Shown one piece after another: positions 47,127-57,458 of a DNA stretch of 64,000 nt. The translations under genes were made by a program, and so were the position numbers. Location: IMG/VR virus record IMGVR_UViG_3300033388_005412, positions 64,001 through 128,000 of that record, one strand, 5' to 3'. The DNA comes from a virus. Taxonomy: Duplodnaviria; Caudoviricetes. The notes beneath the pieces are model-generated. The model saw only the letters and a program-made list of their open reading frames with translations, was not told the origin of the DNA and ran no database searches. The first letter of the stretch is position 1. The number at the start of each line of letters is the position of its first letter.

Positions 47127-47158
47127 GTTACACCTCCTTTATTTATCCTTTAATACGT

Positions 47159-47196
47159 CTATTAACATATTATATTTTTTATCATTAAAATAACAA
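47159..47196 (-). promoter_or_regulatory. Putative late promoter, copy 6
   Basis: TTGTTA-N18-TAATATGTTAATAG between sheath and tube. Confidence 0.5.
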
Positions 47197-47198
47197 CT

Positions 47199-50015
47199 TT
47201 ACGATGTTAGTTTAACCTCCACAGCAATTCTCCTTAATTCAAATGCCGGTCCTAACACCAAAGGAATTCTCGCAACACCAGCGACGACCTCAGCCGGCGT
47301 CTGATGTATCGCAAACGAAAAACTCCGTAATGCGCCGTCTTCCTGCATGGCAAGTAAACCCTTTGAAATAGCCGTATCAAGCGCTGCTTTTTTGGCATCA
47401 TTAAACCCTTCACCTAAGAAAGGTCTGCCAACAGCCCTAACCACATTCATGGCGGCCGCTGCTATTCTAAAAGTAGAAAGCCTCACCCAGTCACTTCCCG
47501 TGGCTGCCGCTGTAACACCGTCACAAACAACAGGACCAATACCTGATATAAGTCTACCTCCGACATATCTCAATTCAGTTAACTTATCAAGCTGTCTCGC
47601 TGAAAGATTATACCTCAATGCGAGAACTTCAGTTCCTAATGACTTATTAGTTGTCGCACTTTTAGGAACTAACTGAGACACCAGCCCGGCATAATGAGCC
47701 TCACCAGTGGCCGCATATGGATACGTTATCACATTATTAGCTATAACAGGCTCATATGCAACAACATTTATCAGTCTGGCATCGAGACCGGCCATAACAT
47801 TAGCGGCTCTTGTTAAATCAGATGTGCTTGTTACTGTTAACTTCGTAAACCAACTCGCAACATCATCAATCTTAGGACTATCGGCCGGTTTAACAGCCAT
47901 AACACCAAACGCTTCATTAACACCATCCATCATACTTTCAAGATGGGCGTTCAACTGCTGAACAAATCCAGCATTTACCTCAATTGGTAATCCGGTCTCA
48001 TCATCATACACAACTTTAGTATCATCCAAATATGTGTTCATAACTGTTATGATATCAACAGGATAATCCGCTATTGCGGCATATGTATCAGTCAAAACAT
48101 CATATTTATCAATGTTGCTCATTATAATGCCATTTGTGCCGCCCTGAAGGCTCTGTGAGGCCGATAAATTAACCCATTCAGGTTGATAGTCATAATCAAA
48201 CCCAAACACCCTAATATTGTCTATATCAGGCTGATTATCGCCCGCCGATATTGCGATTTTACCCGCAGCGGCATCTGATATAATAACATCCTTGTCTATT
48301 GTATAAACAACCTTAGCTGAATAATAAATAGCCATATCAGCCGGCTGAGCCGTACCAAATGTTATTTTCTTGCCGGCCGCGAAATACGACTTATAACTAT
48401 GTGTTGCGGTAACAGCTGATAATGTCGGATGCTGTGTTAAAGCAAATGCCTCACTGTTATAACTAACAGTAATTATCGACTTCGAGGACGGAGCCGGTTC
48501 AATAGTAACAGCCGCGACTTGTCCATCGCCACCGCCAACATCCGTTAACGTCCAACCAACTCCGGAACCATCATCTTTAGGCACCAAAACAGTTTGACCC
48601 GCCGTTGATGTCCTGAAAAATTTAAGCTCTAAATCGCCATCCCCATCGACAGCATCAGAATCAATAGCCTCATATGCTGTAAATGTAAAAGCTTTTGTTT
48701 CGCCGTCTCCAACACCTATATAACTGTTTCTCACAAGATGTTTGGCCTCTCCGTCATTAACAAGATCAACAGATCCATCTAATTTTAAAAGAGGAATCGA
48801 CAATGCTCCGCTCATTTGAATAGGATATGGTAAAGAAACGGCCGCCTTACCTGACGAACTCAATTCAGCCGCCATATCATTTAACTGATAAACTTCATTT
48901 AATTTCACAAGTCTGTTTGACGCTGTGACACTTGCCGGAAACGGAAAAACAGGAACATACTGTTCAACAACTGTACTATTTGCAGTTGTATGTGCGGCAA
49001 TAGTTGTACCAAACATACCTCGTTTATATTCATCCGCAGCAATAACACCCGTAGGCGCAACATCAACGATCTTAACACTATATGTCTTAGTTGCTATATC
49101 AACACCATCATACTGAACAATTTCCATATCGGTCACAACATCGCCGACTTTGTGATAAATCTTCAAATAACCCGTACTATCGGCCGCCATAAAAACAGGA
49201 AGAGCATCAGTTGTAACAACTCCACCATCAACAGCTGTCGGATCAACATTTATATTTGCCGCCAAATTAGCAACCGCAACATCCGACGTATCAACTGTAT
49301 AATCATCATCAGTATCAGCTAATTTAAAAGCATCAACTAAATTAATAACTATACTCCCACTCGCGTCGACATAAGGCATATCTTTTTGAACATCAAGTTC
49401 AAAAGATGTTCTGATTTCATTAGCCTCGGCCGTAACAATCCCCGCTAAATTAGTATCAGCATTAATAGCCGCCACTAAACCAACAACATCACTAACAGAC
49501 CCACTCACAACAGCAGTCGGATCAAATGGTATAACACTTTCCAATCCGGATACAGGGTTATAACCAACAACCGATAATTGTCCATTCACTATTTCCTGTC
49601 TGAATGACACACTATTATATATGTCACCAGGATCATTGGCTGTAACAGTCATCGCCGGTATGGCCAAACCGGTAACAGCGTCAACTGTTTCCGTTTTTTC
49701 TTCCGTTCCGGCCGATTCATTGACAATTAACTCCGCAGTATTACCGTTTGTTATTCTGCAAAGACGAATGTCTTTAACAGCACCCGGCGCATAATACGCC
49801 TCACAAAAACCCCTAACTAGTGTCCCACTTTCTGCAGATCCAAAAGCAGCAACTGCAGCCTCAGGTGTTCTAATAGCAGTCGGACTATTTTTTGGGCCCT
49901 TTGTACTAGTACCGAGAATCAATATACTATCTCCGCTACTCACAACCCTAGCTGTGTCTAAATTACCATCTTGTAACGTACTTACAATATTAGGTAAGTG
50001 ACTCAAATTTCTCAT
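47199..50015 (-). CDS. Contractile tail sheath protein with large insertion domains, 938 aa
   Basis: N-terminal ILILGTSTKGP...AFG...IRLCRI; C-terminal YAGLVS...SATTNK, DGVTAA...WVRLSTFRI, PAFELRRI. Confidence 0.9.
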   Translation of the reverse strand: MRNLSHLPNIVSTLQDGNLDTARVVSSGDSILILGTSTKGPKNSPTAIRTPEAAVAAFGSAESGTLVRGFCEAYYAPGAVKDIRLCRITNGNTAELIVNESAGTEEKTETVDAVTGLAIPAMTVTANDPGDIYNSVSFRQEIVNGQLSVVGYNPVSGLESVIPFDPTAVVSGSVSDVVGLVAAINADTNLAGIVTAEANEIRTSFELDVQKDMPYVDASGSIVINLVDAFKLADTDDDYTVDTSDVAVANLAANINVDPTAVDGGVVTTDALPVFMAADSTGYLKIYHKVGDVVTDMEIVQYDGVDIATKTYSVKIVDVAPTGVIAADEYKRGMFGTTIAAHTTANSTVVEQYVPVFPFPASVTASNRLVKLNEVYQLNDMAAELSSSGKAAVSLPYPIQMSGALSIPLLKLDGSVDLVNDGEAKHLVRNSYIGVGDGETKAFTFTAYEAIDSDAVDGDGDLELKFFRTSTAGQTVLVPKDDGSGVGWTLTDVGGGDGQVAAVTIEPAPSSKSIITVSYNSEAFALTQHPTLSAVTATHSYKSYFAAGKKITFGTAQPADMAIYYSAKVVYTIDKDVIISDAAAGKIAISAGDNQPDIDNIRVFGFDYDYQPEWVNLSASQSLQGGTNGIIMSNIDKYDVLTDTYAAIADYPVDIITVMNTYLDDTKVVYDDETGLPIEVNAGFVQQLNAHLESMMDGVNEAFGVMAVKPADSPKIDDVASWFTKLTVTSTSDLTRAANVMAGLDARLINVVAYEPVIANNVITYPYAATGEAHYAGLVSQLVPKSATTNKSLGTEVLALRYNLSARQLDKLTELRYVGGRLISGIGPVVCDGVTAAATGSDWVRLSTFRIAAAAMNVVRAVGRPFLGEGFNDAKKAALDTAISKGLLAMQEDGALRSFSFAIHQTPAEVVAGVARIPLVLGPAFELRRIAVEVKLTS

Positions 50016-50041
50016 CTTATTCCTCCTTTTTTATATTTTCT

Positions 50042-50731
50042 TTAAACGTCTTCAATTCTTTTTTCAACTTCTAATTTAAGCTCCTTTAATATAGTAGTAT
50101 TAATTGTCGATAATTCCTCTGTTCTCACATAGTAAGCGAGCGTTCTAACATTAAGACCATTATCTAATTGGGTTGATGTGTCGTCAACACCGCGCCACCA
50201 AAACAAAATTTCAGAGAGCCCCATGTATTTAAAAAAATCCCTATGAGATGTCATAAATCGCTTAAACCATAATGCTGAAATATCGGCCTGCCAGTTTGTT
50301 AATGTCCATATATCAAACTGAACCAGAGTATCAAACCATTGGCCATATATTTGTGTATCCTTTTCATCTTTTGTTTCAGGGTTTTTAATTTGACGTAAAC
50401 GCGGCGCAACTTCCCTCGTGGTTCCAAACGGCTGTTTACTTCCGCCAATCGATCCAGGTTCTTCTCTCGTTATCTTATATGTTATCGTATCAACAAATTT
50501 TTCAGTCGGATTATCCATGGTCGCTTTATGTTCCTGCGTCCCCTTCATTAAATATCTTGGAAATGCCGGGGCTATAACAAGACCTGGTTTTTCGATATCA
50601 AGAACATGATACAACAACGCAAAAAATTGCTGCATTGTTAAATTGCCAAAAGCTTTTTGCGGCACCGGATACATGCCACTCAATTTATCAGCATATTTAT
50701 CGGCTGTTAAAACTTCACCGGATTCAATCAT
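50042..50731 (-). CDS. Tail completion/terminator-like protein
   Basis: Directly before the sheath; YGQWFDTLVQFDIW pattern. Confidence 0.55.
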   Translation of the reverse strand: MIESGEVLTADKYADKLSGMYPVPQKAFGNLTMQQFFALLYHVLDIEKPGLVIAPAFPRYLMKGTQEHKATMDNPTEKFVDTITYKITREEPGSIGGSKQPFGTTREVAPRLRQIKNPETKDEKDTQIYGQWFDTLVQFDIWTLTNWQADISALWFKRFMTSHRDFFKYMGLSEILFWWRGVDDTSTQLDNGLNVRTLAYYVRTEELSTINTTILKELKLEVEKRIEDV

Positions 50732-51216
50732 GTTATCATATCCCTCACAGTAAACACTTTTTTAAATTCAATTCTCCCTAAATCACCTCGTTTAGGATCA
50801 ACACGCTTAACACTATATTTTCTTTTAGGACAAACCTTACCATCTGCTAAATTCTCATCACTTTTATCATAAACAATTGTCGGCCTTTCGGTGTGCTCCC
50901 AATCCAAATCATATATCTCATCATCAACAACAACAGGGACATTATGTTTTAGATAAAAAATCTCAGATGTGATATCCAAATCACCTGGACTTGTAACAAC
51001 AACACCCTCGCGCTTACTAACGGTACCGGAAACAGCAGGAATGGAATAACCCTCAATCAAAAAATCATTATATTCATATTTTGGACCGCCAATGGCCTCC
51101 TTTGTTATGTCATTCCAATAGGGACTTTTCTCGTCAGTAAACTTCCGCAAAAGAAGCCACCTGGCTATTCCCTCAAAGTCCGACATTATCGATGAAAATT
51201 CGCTTCTTATGTCCAC
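50728..51216 (-). CDS. Head closure/neck protein candidate
   Basis: Position after the adaptor; IFYLKH...DDEIY, VDPKRGDLGRIEF. Confidence 0.5.
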   Translation of the reverse strand: MDIRSEFSSIMSDFEGIARWLLLRKFTDEKSPYWNDITKEAIGGPKYEYNDFLIEGYSIPAVSGTVSKREGVVVTSPGDLDITSEIFYLKHNVPVVVDDEIYDLDWEHTERPTIVYDKSDENLADGKVCPKRKYSVKRVDPKRGDLGRIEFKKVFTVRDMIT

Positions 51217-51226
51217 AAATTACTCC

Positions 51227-52579
51227 TCATAACACATCGACACTATTATCTTTACTAAAATACTCATCTTCTAATCTTTCCCATGTTGGCCGACGCTCAT
51301 CGTAATCAGCCTTTACAGTACCAACAGAACTAACAAAAGATTGACCGGTTGTTATAATATTTAAATTTTTGGTAACACATATATTTAAACCTTCTATCCT
51401 TTTTTTAACAATATCAACAAAACCCCGACCATAACTAACTGTAAAATCATCCAGTGTCTTAGAAGTCACCGGACCACCTGCAAAATAAACTCTATGAATC
51501 AAATCTAATTTAGTTTTACATTCAACATAATCACGCGCCGCCTGGGGAACCGCGTCATCCTCCCATGCGGTTGTTGCCACACTCAATATATAAGACGAAT
51601 TTTCATATATTAACATTTCTATTTCAGAATCCTTAACTTTTCGTATCAAATCCCCTAAATTAGATCTAATTAATTTAACAGTACTATAATAAGGACTTAT
51701 AGCTGTTTTAAATGTGAATAAATAATCAGAACTGAGAACACCGCTTGCTGATATATCAGTTATTCCACTCTTCAAAACAACATTATATATACTCGATGGG
51801 GCATACTCATCGGCCAATACGCCGGACGGTGCAATTGTCAAAGTTTTTTCACTAACACTATTAATATATGTCTCAGAGTCAACAGGAAAACCAAGCAAAT
51901 CTTCACCTGTTATTAAAACTCTATTAACCAGTGAATCAGGGTCGGGCTCCAAATTAAATACGACTTTTATTTCACTTGTTATAACATTTGTCTCACCATT
52001 TATCGGACTCGTTGACGCAACTTCAAAAACTATCGGTGCATCAGGTGGAAAAATATATTGATCAGGACCCTGCGGTATCGGCGTGATCGTCCCGTCAATA
52101 CCAACTTCAGCTGCAGTTGTGACAATGTGTGAGACCGGCTCACCGGTGCGGCCAAATGTTTCAGCATAAATGCCATCCTCGCCTGTAAAATACGGGCCAT
52201 CAGTGGCGGCATCTCCAACCTGCGCTAGTGGTATTGTTTTATCAACAGTTTCACCAGTTGTAAAATACGATACAAAACTATTATCGTCCCAATTTTCGCC
52301 TAACAGTGTTTTAATTCCACTATCACCACCGACAAGTATTATGCTATATTTAGTATTTTTCTCTAAATAAGCATAGAGCTGAAAAGTAAGAGTTTTTGTC
52401 CCAACAACGTAGTCCGGAACTCCACTGACTATTTCTTCTGTATCTGTTTGAACTAAAATAACAGATGAATCTGTTATTGTTGATCTATCGAGTGCCTCAT
52501 CAAATTTAAAACTGAGAAAAACATTTAAAACAACTCCGGTCGCAAAATTATTGGGAAATGATTCCAGTATCTTTGCCAT
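51227..52579 (-). CDS. Two Ig-like (Big_5/SbsA-like) domains plus a head-tail adaptor-like C-terminus
   Basis: ESFPNNFATGV...LSFKFDEALDRSTI and VASTSPINGETNV...VVFN...Y.F.FKT; C-terminal YSTVKLIR...KTLDDFTVSY. Confidence 0.65.
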   Translation of the reverse strand: MAKILESFPNNFATGVVLNVFLSFKFDEALDRSTITDSSVILVQTDTEEIVSGVPDYVVGTKTLTFQLYAYLEKNTKYSIILVGGDSGIKTLLGENWDDNSFVSYFTTGETVDKTIPLAQVGDAATDGPYFTGEDGIYAETFGRTGEPVSHIVTTAAEVGIDGTITPIPQGPDQYIFPPDAPIVFEVASTSPINGETNVITSEIKVVFNLEPDPDSLVNRVLITGEDLLGFPVDSETYINSVSEKTLTIAPSGVLADEYAPSSIYNVVLKSGITDISASGVLSSDYLFTFKTAISPYYSTVKLIRSNLGDLIRKVKDSEIEMLIYENSSYILSVATTAWEDDAVPQAARDYVECKTKLDLIHRVYFAGGPVTSKTLDDFTVSYGRGFVDIVKKRIEGLNICVTKNLNIITTGQSFVSSVGTVKADYDERRPTWERLEDEYFSKDNSVDVL

Positions 52580-52602
52580 CTCACTTTTTTAAAACTCCTA
52601 AA

Positions 52603-53160
52603 TTATTTAACAATAACTTCTTCATCATCCTTTTCATCCTTTTTTGCTACACCAACACGCTGTGTAACAGGAAGAGTGTGAATCTGATCAGTTATTGCGT
52701 CAATAATGCCACCACGAGATTGCGAACTGGGGTTATTGCCACCTCGTTCCAATTCCATAATTCTTTCTAATGTCGGCAAATCTTTAATCGTGCGAATATC
52801 CTGGATTATTAAATCTTCTATGTTTCTGTTTATTACTTTTATATAACGATCATCCTGCTGGTCAATTTTCTTCGGCGCTTTCACTATTGGTTGACGAGAC
52901 ACATCTTTATTTGCTACACCACCATATTTCAATGAAACATCTTTATTTTTCTGATAAACAAACAAAATACCAGCATTTATATTCTTCCGAATAAAAGTAG
53001 CATCCATTTTATCTGTCACAGTAATCCGATCTTGGCCCTTATCAAAAAAACTTAAAGTAAAATCATTTGAGGGATCTATATACATTCCACTCATTTTCGG
53101 ATTTAACACAACTTGACAACCAACTAAAGACTTTTCTTGATCCATCTGATCCATACGCAA
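52603..53160 (-). CDS. Hypothetical head-module protein, 185 aa
   Basis: GAGGAGG RBS; follows the capsid gene. Confidence 0.6.
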   Translation of the reverse strand: MRMDQMDQEKSLVGCQVVLNPKMSGMYIDPSNDFTLSFFDKGQDRITVTDKMDATFIRKNINAGILFVYQKNKDVSLKYGGVANKDVSRQPIVKAPKKIDQQDDRYIKVINRNIEDLIIQDIRTIKDLPTLERIMELERGGNNPSSQSRGGIIDAITDQIHTLPVTQRVGVAKKDEKDDEEVIVK

Positions 53161-53178
53161 TAACCCTCCTCAGGATAA

Positions 53179-53204
53179 GGTCGGAGAGGTTTCCCTCTCC
53201 GACC
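53179..53204 (-). terminator. GC-rich hairpin after the major capsid gene (terminator, attenuator or stabiliser)
   Basis: 11-bp perfect stem GGTCGGAGAGG/CCTCTCCGACC with GAAA loop; only a short T run follows. Confidence 0.6.
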
Positions 53205-53237
53205 AAACATCAATTCCGTTTATTTATTAACGGAAAC

Positions 53238-54476
53238 TTACAGGCCTAAATTCTTCTGCGTGTCCAACGCTGCTAACTGAACCTGGTTCACGTTATCGAA
53301 TATGTAGTTTCTATCAACAACCGCATTTCTACAAACAGCTATACCTTTACCCTGATCGAACACGTTTTCACCATATCTCTCACTGACGTGCACCTGACGG
53401 ACATCTCTCTCAAAAATATCATCCTCATCTGTTTCAGGATTTTGTCTTTGAACAAGAATACCACATCTTTGACTATCAGCCATTATAATATTTGTTAAAG
53501 GTTTCGTGTTTCCCGATCCCGGGACAAACGGCACCAAATGACTCACAAGAACTTTCATCGGAGTCGGTAAATAACTAGGCGGAATATTCCACGTAGAACC
53601 AACCGGCGTAAAAGTCTGCAAATAAGGATCCAATCCACTCAGATCGGTTTCCTTACCTGTTCCTGAATATTTAAGACCTAAACCCTTTGGACTAAAAATT
53701 TCAGGCCAGCCTTTGTTACCAGACCCAAGAGGCATTCTCCTGGTGGCTAACACGGCTCCCTTCATCACTATCTCCCGAAGCTGAGGATCGACCGCAAACA
53801 CTTTCCATGCCAACGGTGACATAAGTAAAGTATCCGGCACAAATCCACGAAGAGCAAGATATGCCCACATGTCAAAAATATCATTAATCGTTGCTGTGCC
53901 ATTCTGAGCACCAGCTATATTTCTGCCAGTAAGTACACCATTTTCACTGTTCGCAGGATCAGCATTATCATAAACGGTTATACCCATTTGATCGATAAGT
54001 CTAACACTCAAACTCTCTTTCAACCTTGCAAGAGCAGCACCAGCAGCACGAAGCCACAGTGTGATAACATCAAACTGATTATCATTTATAGCCTCTTTGG
54101 AAATATTAATCGCACACCCATATTTCGACACTGTTATTGCAACTGTTGACCCAACAGTATCAGTGGCAATTGTGGTTTGCGGATATACATCCCCCTGAGG
54201 GATCTTACCAGCCACAATTGATCCAACCGCACCTATCTCAACCATCTGACCTTCTGGGAGATCTAGACGTGTAAAAAGATTTGGTGTGATCAGCAAATTG
54301 GGCTCTACTGCTTCTATAATTATCCTCTTAACAACCTTAGGAACAAACGGGGCTAAATCCTCGGTTGTAACAAGATCGTTAATTGTTAATCTTGCATCGA
54401 CGTCATCGGCGAATCTACCATTGTTGGTAAAAACATCGTAGACACGACCTAACTTCTGCGTATCTGTTAATTTCAT
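53238..54476 (-). CDS. Major capsid protein, 412 aa
   Basis: Canonical position; SKYGCAINISKEAINDNQFDVI and PDTLLMSPLAW resemble HK97-fold capsids; AGGAGGT RBS. Confidence 0.85.
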   Translation of the reverse strand: MKLTDTQKLGRVYDVFTNNGRFADDVDARLTINDLVTTEDLAPFVPKVVKRIIIEAVEPNLLITPNLFTRLDLPEGQMVEIGAVGSIVAGKIPQGDVYPQTTIATDTVGSTVAITVSKYGCAINISKEAINDNQFDVITLWLRAAGAALARLKESLSVRLIDQMGITVYDNADPANSENGVLTGRNIAGAQNGTATINDIFDMWAYLALRGFVPDTLLMSPLAWKVFAVDPQLREIVMKGAVLATRRMPLGSGNKGWPEIFSPKGLGLKYSGTGKETDLSGLDPYLQTFTPVGSTWNIPPSYLPTPMKVLVSHLVPFVPGSGNTKPLTNIIMADSQRCGILVQRQNPETDEDDIFERDVRQVHVSERYGENVFDQGKGIAVCRNAVVDRNYIFDNVNQVQLAALDTQKNLGL

Positions 54477-54512
54477 TGTTACCTCCTATTTATATATTTA
54501 TACTCTCATCAA

Positions 54513-55583
54513 TTACATCTGTAATTGAATTCTAACATACCCTATTGCACCAGACCGCACAGCTGATAAAATATTACTCTTAGCAGCAGCAGCACCAGAT
54601 GCGACAAGAACATCCCTCGCGAATATATACAATTCGGTAGGAAGACCGGCTGTCTGATTACTAGGAATCATCATACCTTCATATGCCTGAATCGTGGAAC
54701 TTAAATCTTTCGGGAACCTACTATCACAAGATTTAACCACACCAACTGTCTGCGCCGTTCTAGCACCTGTCACAGCGTTACTCTGTGTTTTAAACCGACC
54801 ATACAAATCAGACTGCAGCAATGTACCCGGACGGGCTCCTTCAGCACTTCCATCAAAATAAAAGAAAGCGTTCTTTCTCCAAACAGTAGGATACGCTTTT
54901 CCAACCGTAGCAGGAACAACATCAGCGTCACTACCAAAATCGGCTACTTTATTAGTATCAACATAAGGAATTGTAACAAAACCCTTACACGCCACACCAT
55001 AAATATCATGCTTCTGATAATTAAGATATTGACCCCTTATATCCTGATACACATCCTGATAAACAACACCAACAGGTATATTAGCGGCAAGAACCAAACT
55101 GGAACTCGCTGAGCTTGTCCACCCCGCGTTATTATCATCAAGAACACTATACGGCGTTGTTGACTGCGCGCCACCATTGGCCGGAATCAATAATGCTGTG
55201 ACAGACTCCTGATATCCCCATGGGTTTTCATCAACAGGGACATAAATAAGATCTTTAGCGACTGTTGTCTGATCATTATACACAGGAACGGTACCACTCG
55301 CCGTCGGCGTAGGAATACCATAATCAATTGTTGTCTGATTTGTTATAAGAGACACAATGGTCCCTTTTGTTAACACGACAGCATCCGGATCAGGATTCCT
55401 CGATTCAACACCTCTTGCATCATTCCAAGCAACCGGCAAATACTTATAAGGATAAACAGGTAACCCAGCTGTAACAGCGTTTTGAACATCAAGTGTTCTG
55501 ACGTTAACCAGTCTATCTCCTAAATCAGTAAGCGGTTTTAAAGGAACTCTACGAACCACATCATTAAAATTTAACTTTTCCAT
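54513..55583 (-). CDS. Head decoration/capsid-stabilising protein, 356 aa
   Basis: Between protease and capsid; PVGVVYQD, PGTLLQSDLYGRF, TVGVV. Confidence 0.6.
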   Translation of the reverse strand: MEKLNFNDVVRRVPLKPLTDLGDRLVNVRTLDVQNAVTAGLPVYPYKYLPVAWNDARGVESRNPDPDAVVLTKGTIVSLITNQTTIDYGIPTPTASGTVPVYNDQTTVAKDLIYVPVDENPWGYQESVTALLIPANGGAQSTTPYSVLDDNNAGWTSSASSSLVLAANIPVGVVYQDVYQDIRGQYLNYQKHDIYGVACKGFVTIPYVDTNKVADFGSDADVVPATVGKAYPTVWRKNAFFYFDGSAEGARPGTLLQSDLYGRFKTQSNAVTGARTAQTVGVVKSCDSRFPKDLSSTIQAYEGMMIPSNQTAGLPTELYIFARDVLVASGAAAAKSNILSAVRSGAIGYVRIQLQM

Positions 55584-55604
55584 TATTTCCTCCTTTTAAA
55601 CGTT

Positions 55605-57389
55605 TTATTCACCTAAAACAACTCGTTTTATCCAACTTTTTCTATCTTCTTGTTTTTTCTCTTTATCTTTAACGATTTTTTCAAAATTATCAACAACAGG
55701 ATTTTCAATCAGCTCTGATACACCAGATAAATTCAAATCCTTTTTTAAATCATTGATTGAATCAATTAATGACTCCGATGACCGTGTTGCTAATTCATTA
55801 ACTTTTTCTGAATACTTTGCATCTCGCGCTTCCGTACTATCAGCGTCAAGTATATCATTAACATTTGAACGTTTTAACATGATCGACAAATCAATGATCT
55901 TCTCAGCCTGTTTTGCACGAAGATCTTTCATAAGCTCATTTATTTTCGTGTTTGCTTTTTCAAGCTCATTTTTAGATCCATCAGTCATAACAGCATCTTC
56001 AGCGATTTTCTTCTCCAATACGGCTATCTTATCCTTAAGAGCCTTCACATCATCGATCGCATCAGGTGTATTTACGGGTGTATTTACAGGCTCATTTACA
56101 TGTGCACTATTCTCAACTTCATCTTTCTTTTTGGACATCGGGCAATTAAGCGTTTTCGCTCTCCTGCGAACACATGCCGCTATTTTAGCACGAACACCCG
56201 AACTATATTTTTCAACAACTTTCGGCCATTTCAACATAGCTAACGCAACCGCACAATGTTTGCAATCAGGCACCGGAAATGTTTTTCCTGGGCCGCAAAA
56301 AGTTGTTTTCATTTTCTTTCTCGCTTTTGATCCTACCGGAGGAAGTTTTTTATCCTCAACTGTATCATCATAATCTTTATCTTCCGGACCATACCCGATG
56401 GATAAAGAAACAAATGACTCATAATCTTTAGCAAGCTCTTCTGCTTCTTTTTTCTCATCCTCGTTCTTCCAAACATCATCAACTTCATCCCCGCATGTCT
56501 CACATTCGTCCAATTCTTTCAAAGCATCAACTATTAACTTTTCAAAATCCTCGTCAGAAATAGGCTCAGAAACAGATTTAGGAACAGGTTTTGTTTTAAC
56601 TTCCATATCAACTCCCTCCTTATCAATTATATTATCTTTTATCTTACTCTCCACATTAACATTATCACCCACATTATCCAACTCAATGGAACCGGCCACA
56701 CTATCATCAACAAACTGCATAGAAACAACAGATGCAACATGATCATTACTATAATCAGCAGGACAATTAATAAAAGAAACTTCTTTATAATCCATCTCAC
56801 TAATTATCATACCACATAACTTACCATCATATACTTTACCAATCTGATGATCACAACTCAACGATGCCCCAAAACTACTATAACCAATTGGTTTTTTACA
56901 CACCGAACAAAGCGGCGCATCAACAGGTGAACCTCCGGTGGAAACAGTAAAAAATCTTTGATTTAAAACATCATCGATAGCACTCTTATCAGTGACCAAA
57001 ATCTTCAAACGAATTTTACCACTGGGCGCCCCGCGTAAAACTTCTACATTTTTTTCATCTTTCCCGGCATCGTTCGGAAAATGTGATCTCATTAATGGTA
57101 TAAACGCGGCCTGAACAACACGGCCGATTGCTGTTTTATCCTCAACATGATGAGATAAAACCGGTTTATTATATGGATGCAGCCAGCTGCTCACGGCTTT
57201 GGCCATTCCATCGTGTGAATAAAAATATAAATTATGATTAAAATAGCCGCAATGTGTCGCATCAACTGTAACTTCCAGAAATTTCTTATTTTCAGAATCA
57301 GAAATGTTTATTCTATCTTTTTTTAAACTATCAGTGAATTTAGCAGGTGACCTAACAACTATTTCGTCTTTCAAATACATTCTATTCAT
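55605..57389 (-). CDS. Prohead maturation protease/scaffold, 594 aa
   Basis: YNKPVLSHH, AIGRV, FTVSTGG, YKEVSFINCPAD; C-terminal coiled-coil scaffold. Confidence 0.8.
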   Translation of the reverse strand: MNRMYLKDEIVVRSPAKFTDSLKKDRINISDSENKKFLEVTVDATHCGYFNHNLYFYSHDGMAKAVSSWLHPYNKPVLSHHVEDKTAIGRVVQAAFIPLMRSHFPNDAGKDEKNVEVLRGAPSGKIRLKILVTDKSAIDDVLNQRFFTVSTGGSPVDAPLCSVCKKPIGYSSFGASLSCDHQIGKVYDGKLCGMIISEMDYKEVSFINCPADYSNDHVASVVSMQFVDDSVAGSIELDNVGDNVNVESKIKDNIIDKEGVDMEVKTKPVPKSVSEPISDEDFEKLIVDALKELDECETCGDEVDDVWKNEDEKKEAEELAKDYESFVSLSIGYGPEDKDYDDTVEDKKLPPVGSKARKKMKTTFCGPGKTFPVPDCKHCAVALAMLKWPKVVEKYSSGVRAKIAACVRRRAKTLNCPMSKKKDEVENSAHVNEPVNTPVNTPDAIDDVKALKDKIAVLEKKIAEDAVMTDGSKNELEKANTKINELMKDLRAKQAEKIIDLSIMLKRSNVNDILDADSTEARDAKYSEKVNELATRSSESLIDSINDLKKDLNLSGVSELIENPVVDNFEKIVKDKEKKQEDRKSWIKRVVLGE

Positions 57390-57458
57390 TATAATATTTC
57401 CTCATATTGCAAAACCCTACCATATCCTATTAATATAGTAGTATCATTTAACATATTT

